A DNA stretch of 64,000 bases from Negaprion brevirostris. Its lineage: Eukaryota. How positions within the stretch are numbered: the first letter of the stretch is position 1; each line of letters begins with the position of its first letter. The notes under the pieces are model-generated. The model ran no database searches, was not told where the DNA came from, and worked only from the letters and a program-made list of their open reading frames with translations. The DNA is taken from positions 48,750,903 through 48,814,902 of the forward strand of contig JARDVH010000099.1 in NCBI GenBank assembly GCA_030324005.1, given 5' to 3'. Below are positions 24,381 to 35,200 of this stretch, in pieces. Both the position numbers and the translations under genes were made by a program.

Positions 24381-25149
24381 CTTCATCCTTACTTGTTGCA
24401 AAATTGTGTTGCACCTAGTACTGAGATGTGTTATCCTCTTGTATATTCAGGGCAAGAAGTGACATAAACGCAAAATAAATTTGAATAGCTTATCTANNNN
24501 NNNNNNCAGAAAAAAAACATCAGTGGAGAGATGACAAAGGAAATTTCCAAACAAGCATTCACTGACTGTCTGTTCATAACCACGAGAATCCTACAAATAA
24601 CTCTAACATTTTTTATTAAATCTCTGGTTCCAGATCTGCACATTTGTTTCGTGTTCAATACAAGAAACGAACATGGTGAAGTGAATGGCATTTTTTGCTC
24701 GAATTACGTTTCTCCAAAGAGACGTTACACATCTGAATTATTCTTGCCACTTGGGGTCAGGGGAAGATGTAAATAGTCACATGATAGCAACAGCCATTTT
24801 GTGAATAAATCCGTTGAAAATTGGCTTTAAATTTCACAAAATCGGACTTGGTGAGAAACATTTAAAAAGTGGCTGCGGGAGGAGGGGGGGGGACAGATGA
24901 ATTATTGTTTACGAAACGGTTAAAAGAACATTAAGTTTTTTTGTCAAAACTAACCATAGCGGAACAATGATGTGACATCAGCGGATTTTGTAATTGGCTT
25001 ACTTCAAAGCCGGGACACGAGCTTCTTCTGTTTTCAGACGGAATTTAGCTAAAATCTGATCAATTTTAATTCTTCAATGAGCAAATCCATTTCTCAGCCC
25101 CCTCCGTTAATATTTTAACAATCTTAAAAAAATAATTTATCTCCAACGA

Positions 25150-25445
25150 AGATTGCGCATTTTTTTCGCCGCGGCTGAGAATCCCCGCCCTCTGAATGGT
25201 CAGCCGGCCCGTCAATCATCCCCTGGGCCCGCTCCCACCCGCCCGTCCGAATGGTCGCTTAGCCGACCTTGGGATTGGCTAATGCGCCTCGCCGCCCGCG
25301 ATCCAATTGGTCGGCAGCCACATCAATCACAAATGCTCCTCTCCATCTCAGCATTCAATTGGTCCAGAAGGACTTCAATCATCATCGCACGGGGTCCCCC
25401 ACTCCTTTATAAGCCGCCTCGCCTCCCAGTCGCGCTCATTCAGTT
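25150..25445 (+). promoter_or_regulatory. FLVCR1 proximal promoter (CCAAT/NF-Y boxes, GC boxes, TATA-like)
   Basis: ATTGG at 25274 and 25358; palindromic CCAATTGG at 25303; CCGCCC boxes near 25185, 25239 and 25292; TTTATAAG at 25406; lies directly upstream of the exon 1 ATG. Confidence 0.7.
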
Positions 25446-25609
25446 GCGAAGTACGTCTGAAAAGTGGTTGTGTGAAAGATTTATTGCACAAAACCTGCTT
25501 AATTTTTTTTAAGAAACATACAAACATCACCTATAGAAGTAGATTTTAGTTTCATAAGCTATATTTAAAGTGTATATATATAAGCGAAAAAATAAAGCAA
25601 AAGCTAACA

Positions 25610-26236
25610 ATGGTGGATGCCGATGGAACAGGATGCCCTGTCACAAAGACAATACCTACTGCCTGCAGTAAAGATGTGGTTATAAATGGCATTAATGGCC
25701 ATCTCGAAGGCATGATGCAAGACGGAAAGACGGGGAAAGGTGTTAAGTCCCCGGAGGAGAGGGAAGCTATGCTGACCGGCGATGTGAAGCCGATCCAGAC
25801 GCGGCTGTACTGGAAGCGGTTCCTCATCCTGGCTGTGTTCAGCCTCTACTCGATGGTGAACGCCTTCCAGTGGATCCAGTACAGCATCATCGCCAACATC
25901 TTCTGCCATTTTTACCAAGTCTCCTACGAGCAGGTCGATTGGCTCTCGGTGGTCTTCATGCTGGTCTACGTCCCCCTCATCTTCCCCGCCGCCTGGCTGC
26001 TGGACAAGAAAGGCTTGCGGACGGTGGCGCTGCTGGGCTCTGGCCTCAACTGCATCGGAGCCTGGATTAAGATCGCCAGCGTGCGGCAGGACCTGTTCGG
26101 GGTGACGATGTTCGCCCAGACGGTCTGCTCCATCGCTCAGATTTTTATCCTCGGGCTGCCCTCTCGGGTGGCATCGGTGTGGTTCGGGCCTAAAGAGGTA
26201 TCGACAGCGTGTGCGACCGCCGTTCTGGGTAATCAG
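25610..26236 (+). CDS. FLVCR1: FLVCR1 exon 1 (N-terminus and first TM helices)
   Basis: ATG in strong Kozak context (acaATGg). The ORF ends ...TAVLGNQ followed by donor CAG|gtgagg at 26237; phase 0. Confidence 0.95.
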
Positions 26237-29200
26237 GTGAGGAGCGTAGACTGTGAGGGGCTTAATCTGGGGTGGGGGGTAGTTTGGCGGGAATTTCCGC
26301 CGCTCTTGCGCCTCTAACTTTGGGATATTGGTTTAAAAAATTTGAAAAATTGGTGGGGGGGGGGGGGCGGGGGCAGTCTGGGTGTGGGCGCGCTCCCTCC
26401 GCCAGCACTGCGGAAGATATGCTCCTCCCGCCGTAGCGTTTGGCGGGATAGTCGCTCGACACAAATTTCCACTCCCGCCGCGCCTCGGGTCGGTTCGGCT
26501 CGGCGAATTTTCCAAAGTCGCGGTGCGCCTCCCGCCCCTCCCTTTGTCGATCTGCTCTAATTATAATATCTACCTCTACCCCACGGCCCCCGCCCCACCC
26601 CTGGCTAATTGCACCCTCGCCCCCACTCTTGTCTAATTTCACCCTCACCACCCCCTCAACCCGAGCCAGATTACAGAGCGATTCCTGCGATTTTATATCG
26701 TTCTCAGGTCGTTTTTTGAAAACAAAAAAAATCGCTCTTACAACTCCCGCCCCGCGAAACTGAAATGACGGGTTTGGCAAACCACGACGGTTTTTTTTAA
26801 ACACACGCCGCACATATTTGAACTTGGCTTTATCTTGGATTCCGAGCCGTTGTCTGCAGTTGCATTCCCTCCCCAGCCACGATGCCGGCTCTTCTGAGAG
26901 CACATTCACTCCCACTTCTATTTTGGGGGAACGTGTAGCGCCTTCACAGACACGTGAATTTCTTAAGGGGAATTCATCACCTATGTGATTGAAGCCGGAA
27001 GTCTTGAAAGAAGATGGCAGCTCAGAGAACATGGCAGAAGAAAATGGTGTCCTGACGAGTTTGTAATTCGTATCGTGTATCTATACCTTGTTAACGATTT
27101 TTGGCAGAGAGATCAAAGGACATCAGCAATGTTGCGCAAGATGATCCTTTTTTTCCCCCTAAAATATAATAATCGTTTACTGGAGGTAGATCAGCTGGGA
27201 GCTGCTGCCTAGCCCTTTGGTCTCAGAGCAGCCTATAATTTGCAGGTCTTTCGGAGCAAGTCACACATTCTTTTTGTTACACAAGTGCCTAAATCTCTTG
27301 GTCTTCATTTATTGGAGCCAGTTTGATTAGTGAGCCATTCATCCCTTTGCATGATTGACTATTTGAGTCAGAAGCTTGGTAATCCTTGATTTGCTCTCAA
27401 TTTTTTTTTGATCACTCTTTTTGATGTTTGCAGATTTCTTACCTGCATTTTGTGATCATGGCACAGTTTGGGTATTTTGAGGGGTTGATGAATTAGCTTG
27501 ACAAAACCCTTCCAAATTCTGTTCAGTTTTTTTACCTCTATTTCCTGCTCTTAATGTTTAATTCTGCATCTGCCAATCAGGTCAGGCCTTATTTCTTGAC
27601 TAATTTCATCGCCTCTACTACCTTTTTTGGTCTATGGGGGGTTTGGTGTCCACTGTTTGAACAGCCATTTTTGTTACTATTTATATGCTTAACATGTCTT
27701 CTATTTTCTTTTAAAATCTGACAATAAAATTTTTTATGGAAGGAAAATTCCAGAACGTTTCTGTGCGGTATGCTGAACTTAATATTTTTTTAAAAAAAAT
27801 CCCAAGGAATGGCAACAAGGATTTCCACCATTTTTCCAGCTGATACAGATGTTGATCAGTTCTCTTGGACTGAAGGAGAAAATGGATTCAGACATTGAAT
27901 TTTCTGATTGCGTCAGACAGGACTAACAAGTATGCCATTCTGTTTTTAATATTGAGAGTAGCAGAAACAGGTGAGGCAAGTTCTGACACAGCTGTGAGCA
28001 AACCTTGTGCTGAAGAAAAACATAGAACTAGACAGAAACTTCAGTGAGGCACTAAGCATGCATCTCTCAAATTCCATAAATAAACAACTGCATGAAAAAT
28101 CACAGATGTGATACCATCCATGGGCATAGATTGAACATTGGAAACATCTGATTTGCAAGCTTCAGGCATAGAACAAACACAGCATTGTAATAGCACGCAT
28201 AAACAAATGTCATCTGAGTACTAATAGCGTTCCAAAGAACAAAATAGCATCTTCAAATGTTTCTGATGGTAATAACCCCTGCAGTGGACAAGTATCCTGC
28301 CCTGCAGGGGTGAACTGCCGATTGTTCGGTTAGCAAAATTGCTTTGCATGATTCTGTCATTGTAAGTCAAGGAACAGTTCTACAAAACAGCGGAACCTAA
28401 GACCGCAGAAGATGGTTTACAAAGCAAAACAACCAGAAGGTGATCTAGGCTGACTGGATCCTAATACAGATGAGGTGATGAATATGTCAAGTAACCTATC
28501 CAAGTTGCTGGTGATTAAAATGGCCATGTTGAACATCCCTGTGCAAGGAGTGATAGACACCGGAGTAAGTGCAAGCTTGCTTACTCAACAAGAGTGCCTA
28601 TAACAAAGCATCAACTTTTTTCGTTGGATGGTGGCCAGCTCTGGTTGATTAACACATCTTACGATACTGCAATTTGAAGCCACAGGTTTTGAAACATCAC
28701 CTCATCACAGTACTGTAGAATTAGCTCCCAAATCCAGGTGAACAAATCTTTTTTCAGAAGTTATGAGCAACGCAATATTGGAATTTCTTCAGCAACATTC
28801 CAAAATGCAATCCAACATACTTTATTGGCACACCTGGATATCGATGCTCCATGCAGCCCATGTGAGGTAAGAAGTCTGCTGGGAATAATAAATGATTGTG
28901 CCAGATTTGTATCTGATTTTTGCCACAATCACCCAACCCATTACAGGATTTAGTACACGAAAATTGTTAGTTACATCTGGGAGCTGAAACGACAACTGGT
29001 TTGAGCTACTAAGGAACCAAATAGTGAGTAACACAGTAATGGCATACTTGCAGCCAGCCTAGCTGGCTGACTGTTATGGTAGAGACACATCTAGTCAGCC
29101 AGAGAGATCTCTATTTGTATCTAATGGTGCCCATCTCTGGATACAACTTGTGTAATAGATTATTCAATCAGTCATTGACACCTGTGGAACAACATTTATT

Positions 29201-32200
29201 TAAGAATAGAATAAGAACTGACCAACACATGGAATTCTGAGCACTTTCATTTATACCATTTCTCAAGCTCAGTCCATAGTTACTGATCAATAAATGTCTT
29301 GTTATATAACAACTAGAATCACCAGCTTTCAGACTGGTTATATACTTTCATGAGTAGATTAAAATGCTGCATCATACTTCCAGCCATTTTCACTTCTTTC
29401 TCACTAGCATCAATCTATCTGGCCCTACGTCAACAATGCTATTGCTTGACCCAAGAACAGCTTTCTTGAGTCAATCTTGAGGATGGATAAGTTAAATTTT
29501 CTTTTTGTTTTGTCTATTTTCTGGATTTTTCTATCTCAACCTCTGGAGGGGGAGATTCTTGGGGTGCAGCGGTGGCCCTCTACTGTCTCCCTTATTGGCT
29601 GTTCTTTGTGAATATGGGTAATAAACCTGGACTATTACATTTGGGAACATGACTCCAACCCTCCTGTCACCAGGTTTCCACAAGATGTTCAGCGCAGTGA
29701 GGATATGGTACTAAAATGTACTTGTATTTGTCACTTTCACTTCAAAGCATTCTTATTACTTTAGCCTGTGTTACCATGTTTATTGGTTGCCTGTTTCTCA
29801 TTAAACTAGATTAAACTTAGCCTTTTCATAGAATATAGCATAGAAAGAAACAATTCAGCCCACCTAGTCAGCACTGACTCTCCAAAGGAGCAGCTTACCC
29901 AGGTTCTATCCCTGTAACTCCACATTTACCCTGCAAATTCACCTCCCCCAATCTACACATCTTTGGAGGCTAAGGGACAATTTAGCATAGCCAATCCACC
30001 TGACCTGCACATCTTGAATGTGAGAGGAAACCTATGCGGACAATGTGAGAACATGCAAACTCCACACAGTCACCCAGAGCAGCAATGCTCATGTGACAGT
30101 GATTCAAATCATGCTGCCCCATAGTGTTATGTGTAGGGTAGAAAGCTGCTTAACATTAAAATACAAATTACAATGAAATTCACTAAATATGCCTCAGGAA
30201 GAAAATCTGTCCTTGCCTGGTATGGCCTACATACAATTTGACGGACAATATTTTGACGCTTAATGGTCCTCTGAAATGGTCTAATAAGGCACTGTTGTCC
30301 CAAGCTGCTGCAACAAATAAAGCTGCAAGGACCCATCTGGCATCAACCATAGGCATGAAATACAGACATGACAAAGCATACACTCTCAATACCATCAGTG
30401 AGAAAATTCTGAGAACTGTCCCATAGACTTGACATGCAACAGCTTCACACAGTCATGTTCACAGAATTAAATGTTTCAACCAATGCCCAGAACTGCACTA
30501 CATCACTATCCCTAGATATGTGAAGGAGGAAAACCTAATTGTCCTCTCTGATCTGTCATGGGTGCATTTGCCCTGTATTGGTGAAGTGATTACTGCAAAG
30601 TCCTTGTGGATACTTCAGTCCTCTCTTCAGACTTTGGACAGCTTCCATTGTGTTGCATAGCACCATCACTGTGCTAAATGGGAAAGATTCAGAGCCGGTT
30701 TATCAGCTCACCAGGCCATCCTTAAAACCCTGTGGGCAATCAGCAGCAAAATTGTATTCCATTACAGTCTGTAACCTCATGGTCCAGCATATCCCTTACT
30801 CTTGGCCCTGACTTGATGTCAGTGTTAAACCTTGGTTCAATGAGGAATAGGGGAGAGCATGCCAGGAGCAGCTCCAGGCATACAGCACAGGATTACATGC
30901 ATGCTAAACAGAGGAATTGCTAAATGTCTAAATGACCAAATGCTCAGAGTTCTGCTGTACCCAATTGTGAATGGTAGTGCATTGCAATTAAACTGAGTTG
31001 TGGGCTAGCGGGAGGTTAGGAGGATGCTTCGTAAGCATCCCTATCTTCAATGATCCCATGTGTGAGTGCAGAGAACAAGTTTGAAACATTTGCAGCTGTC
31101 TGACCGGAAATGCAGAACAGATAATCCATCTCAGCTGTGTCCCTGAGGTTCCCCAGAATCAGATGCTAGTCTTCAGAAAATTCGATTCACTCCACCTAAT
31201 AACAAAAAGCAGCTGATTGCATTGGATGTAGATTAGGGGTCTCAACAGCATCCTTGCTGAGGTGGTGAAGACTTGAACAAGCAATACTTACAGTCATGAA
31301 GCTGCTACATAGCTACAGCTGGCTTTGGGGAAGAAGTAGGGTGATTTCTCCATTGGTTAAAATCATGTCTAAAGTAAAGGAAGATGTGGTTGTCCACGTC
31401 CTACTTCAATTGCCTTTTTCCCTTAACGTAAAATTGAATGCACTTCTGAGCTTCATTTGCATCTCAGACCATGAAAGGATTTGTGCCTGCATACAATGCC
31501 TGGACATCATTCAGCGCATGCAAGGTCAATAATCATCACCAACAAGAAAGTCTAGCCACTTCTTGTTGCCATTTAATGGCATTACCATCACTAAATTCTG
31601 AGGGTCACTATTGGTCAGAAATTTTATCTGCACCAACCACATGTACACAGGCTACAACAGCAAGTGAGTATCCTACACTATGACTTGACTCCACAAATAA
31701 CTCCTTCTGCTTGCAGTAAACAAAGTCAGGTGTGCAGTGGCGTGCTTGCATGGATGAGTGCAGCTTCAACAGCACCAAGAATCCTGACACCGTTCAGGGT
31801 AAAGCAGTCTGATTGGTAGCACCATTTAAATGTTCAATCTCTCCACCGTACTGTGGCTGCAGTACGTGCAATCTGTAAGATGCACAATAGCAACTCACCA
31901 AGGCTTAATGGACAGTACCTCCCAATCTTCTGGCTTATACTACTTGAGAGACATGGGCAGTTGCACATGTGGATGTCATCATTTCCAATTTCCCCTTCGG
32001 TCTCACACTGCTGACTTGGAAATTTATTTCTGGGTCAAAATCCTGTAGCTTCCTCCCCACAGGAGAACCTTCAAATAGACTCCCGCAGTCACAGATGAAA
32101 AATGAACACTGGTCTTGCCAGTCTTGTCTGTGTCCTGTAAACAAGCAGTTGCATGACTGCATTGAGAAAGAAAGAGCAGTAGACGTGGTTTACGTGGCCT

Positions 32201-35200
32201 TCAGCAAGGCATTTGATAAGGTCCCCCATGCAAGACTTATTGAGAAGGTGAGAGGGCATGGGATCCAAGGGGCTTTGGCCTTGTGGATCCAGAACTGGCT
32301 TGCCTGCAGAAGGCAGNNNNNNNNNNNNNNNNNNNNNNNNNNNNNNNNNNNNNNNNNNNNNNNNNNNNNNNNNNNNNNNNNNNNNNNNNNNNNNNNNNNN
32401 NNNNNNNNNNNNNNNNCCAATGTAGCCATGATTTAAGTGCAGCTTGAAGGGAATTGGTAATGAATAGGTGAGGTGAAAACAGTCCTGCCGTCCAAAGGAT
32501 CCACATGCACATCCCAGGAGTGTTTTTGAACAGAAGTTCCCTCTTCCACCCCAAATCTTCAAGATTGCTATTTTCAATGAGCATACAGTAATACTAGATC
32601 TGATTTTCTTTAAGCCAAGTACATGTTCCATTCTTCAATGGATGGGAAGAGCAGGCAGTTGCTCTTTCTGCTTTTGTATTTTTGTAAGGATACCACCTTT
32701 AGATGCATTATTTCTTTTAAACCTTGTGTTTAATTAAATACAGGAATTGTTAAAAAAATGCAACTGCTCAGATCTGACGAATGATGAAACTACTTAATAA
32801 AACATCATTCTACATAGGGAATGTGTGGCAAAATGACTAACACTACATTCTGCAACATTTCCTTTCCTTCTCCAACATGGCAATTAAGTTCAAACGAGGC
32901 TAAATTATACAAAGCATGTTTTAACATTTGTCAAGGCCACAATTCTGATCGATTCATACTCGAGTGCAAATTGCAGAAGTGTTAACCATGGAGTGATGGG
33001 ACTGATGATAGTTCTCAGTTATTGAGTTTCTGATTTTAAGACTTGCACTAAAGTTGCAAATTGTGGCTAGGATACTTGTAAGACGAACTTTAGCCTATCT
33101 GTTTTGGTTTGTTATAAAACCTTGGATTATCCCACTAATAAAACATCCTTGACTGCTAAAGAGGAAATAGTATCAGCTCTGTCTTCACAGCTTAGGCTAT
33201 GACGGGAGACCCATGACAGATGAAACAAGCGATCAAAGTTCACAGGTTTAGTATAGGGATGCTTCAAATATAGACTTTGAGCTATATTATTTCTTATGCA
33301 ACTACTGTGTCTTTCTAGTTGGCATCCTAATAAGCAATTGATGCTCCTTTGAAGCGATATCTTATAACTCCTACCAATTTATCAAAATATCAATTGAAAT
33401 GTAGTTTCAAGTAGATGTTTTTTGTTAAGTCTAGTGTCACCAATGTGGTGATGGGTAAGCGAAAACTCATTAAACACTAAGTAGCATGTTCTGCACATGG
33501 TCACGTTCTTCATTATGGATATTTCTTTATTGAAATAACTCTAATTTTAAGTAGGTTATTTTGGGAATGTACAAACAATTTAGGCTCAAATGAAAACTCA
33601 ATTATTTGCAAATATTAGTATTTTGGCCAAAACACACATCTACAATTGACCTTGAGGAAAAACATTGACCATAACTAGCTGAATTAGACAAGCTAGCGTT
33701 TCTTCCTTGGGGACAGCATGGCAATTGGACCTGAAAATGTGTCCAATGTTTCTCTCATTATTCACAATTAACCTCCCAAATTAGAAGGCACCCAAATTTA
33801 AAACGGGTGTAAGCCAGTGCAACTAACTGAATGTCAATTTCCAATTTCTGCTTTAAGTCTTAACTCTTTTAATTGTTCTTGTGCAGTCTGTTTAAGAACC
33901 TGACATTTCAACTTGTATTCTGCTTTCAAAAGTAAAAGACAGATTGCAAAGGAAAATGCCCTCAAAGTTGAGAAAATACAGCAAAATTAGTTTTGTTTTC
34001 TATTTTGACGGAAGATCTGCCTATAATGCTTCAACAATCTGCCTATGAAACTTCAAAATTGTAGTTTTAAGTTAAATGCTATATTTTTATGTTTTGATTT
34101 GTTTCTTTGTTTCACAGCTTGGTGTGGCCTTTGGTTTTCTTTTACCTCCAATTTTGGTGCCTAATACTAAAGATGATCTTACTCTTATGGCAAAAAATAT
34201 AAGTGTATTGTTCTATGGGACAGCAATAGTAGCCACTGTGCTCTTCATCTTGGTTGTAGCAGGTAAGTTTCTTTTGTTCTAAGAATTTGAAAGTCAAATA
34301 GCAGTTTATGTTGATGGCTGGTACTTGAGGGGTTTTTTAAATTAATTTGCAGGATGTGGGAATTGCTGGTTAAGCCAGCACGTATTGCCATCCCTAGTTG
34401 CATTTGAGAAGGTGTTGGTGAGTTGCGTTCTTGATTGCTGCAATCCTGGTGTACCCTCAAACGCTGTTGGGAAAGGAATTTTGATCCAGTGACAGTGAAG
34501 AAACAGCAATATATTTCAAAGTCAGGGTGGTGAGTGACTTGGGAAGGAACCTCCAGATGGTGTTCCCAGGTATCTGCTGCCCTTGACCTTCTAGGTGGTA
34601 CAGGTTGTGGATTTGGAAGGTGCTACCTAAGGAACCTCAGCTGCAGTGCATCTTGTAGATGGTATATGCTGCTGCCACCATAGATGTCTGATGGATTGAA
34701 TTTTTGTGAAAGGGGTAGCAANNNNNNNNNNNNNNNNNNNNNNNNNNNNNNNNNNNNNNNNNNNNNNNNNNNNNNNNNNNNNNNNNNNNNNNNNNNNNNN
34801 NNNNNNNNNNNNNNNNNNNNNNNNNNNNNNNNNNNNNNNNNNNNNNNNNNNNNNNNNNNNNNNNNNNNNNNNNNNNNNNNNNNNNNNNNNNNNNNNNNNN
34901 NNNNNNNNNNNNNNNNNNNNNNNNNNNNNNNNNNNNNNNNNNNNNNNNNNNNNNNNNNNNNNNNNNNNNNNNNNNNNNNNNNNNNNNNNNNNNNNNNNNN
35001 NNNNNNNNNNNNNNNNNNNNNNNNNNNNNNNNNNNNNNNNNNNNNNNNNNNNNNNNNNNNNNNNNNNNNNNNNNNNNNNNNNNNNNNNNNNNNNNNNNNN
35101 NNNNNNNNNNNNNNNNNNNNNNNNNNNNNNNNNNNNNNNNNNNCTGACCTTTTGGTGGAAGGAAGGTAATTGATGAAACAGCTGATGGTGGCAGGGGTTA

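Larger units (their letters stand above)
25150..26950. promoter_or_regulatory. CpG island over promoter, exon 1 and start of intron 1
   Basis: Visibly dense CG dinucleotides and high GC, against the CpG-depleted remainder of the window. Confidence 0.8.

Noticed and set aside
1-25100. A neighbouring protein-coding gene upstream of FLVCR1
   Set aside because: No exon with recognisable homology found by eye; small exons cannot be excluded.
26237-26317. Read-through of the exon 1 ORF to 235 aa
   Set aside because: Homology ends at GNQ where a strong GT donor occurs; the extension is intronic.
26262-27032. 256-aa minus-strand ORF
   Set aside because: It lies in the GC-rich CpG island where stops are scarce, has no recognisable domain and is antisense to intron 1.
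32773-32790. CTGACGA-atgat-GAAAC hammerhead-like boxes
   Set aside because: No stem II pairing and no Penelope tail; likely chance.
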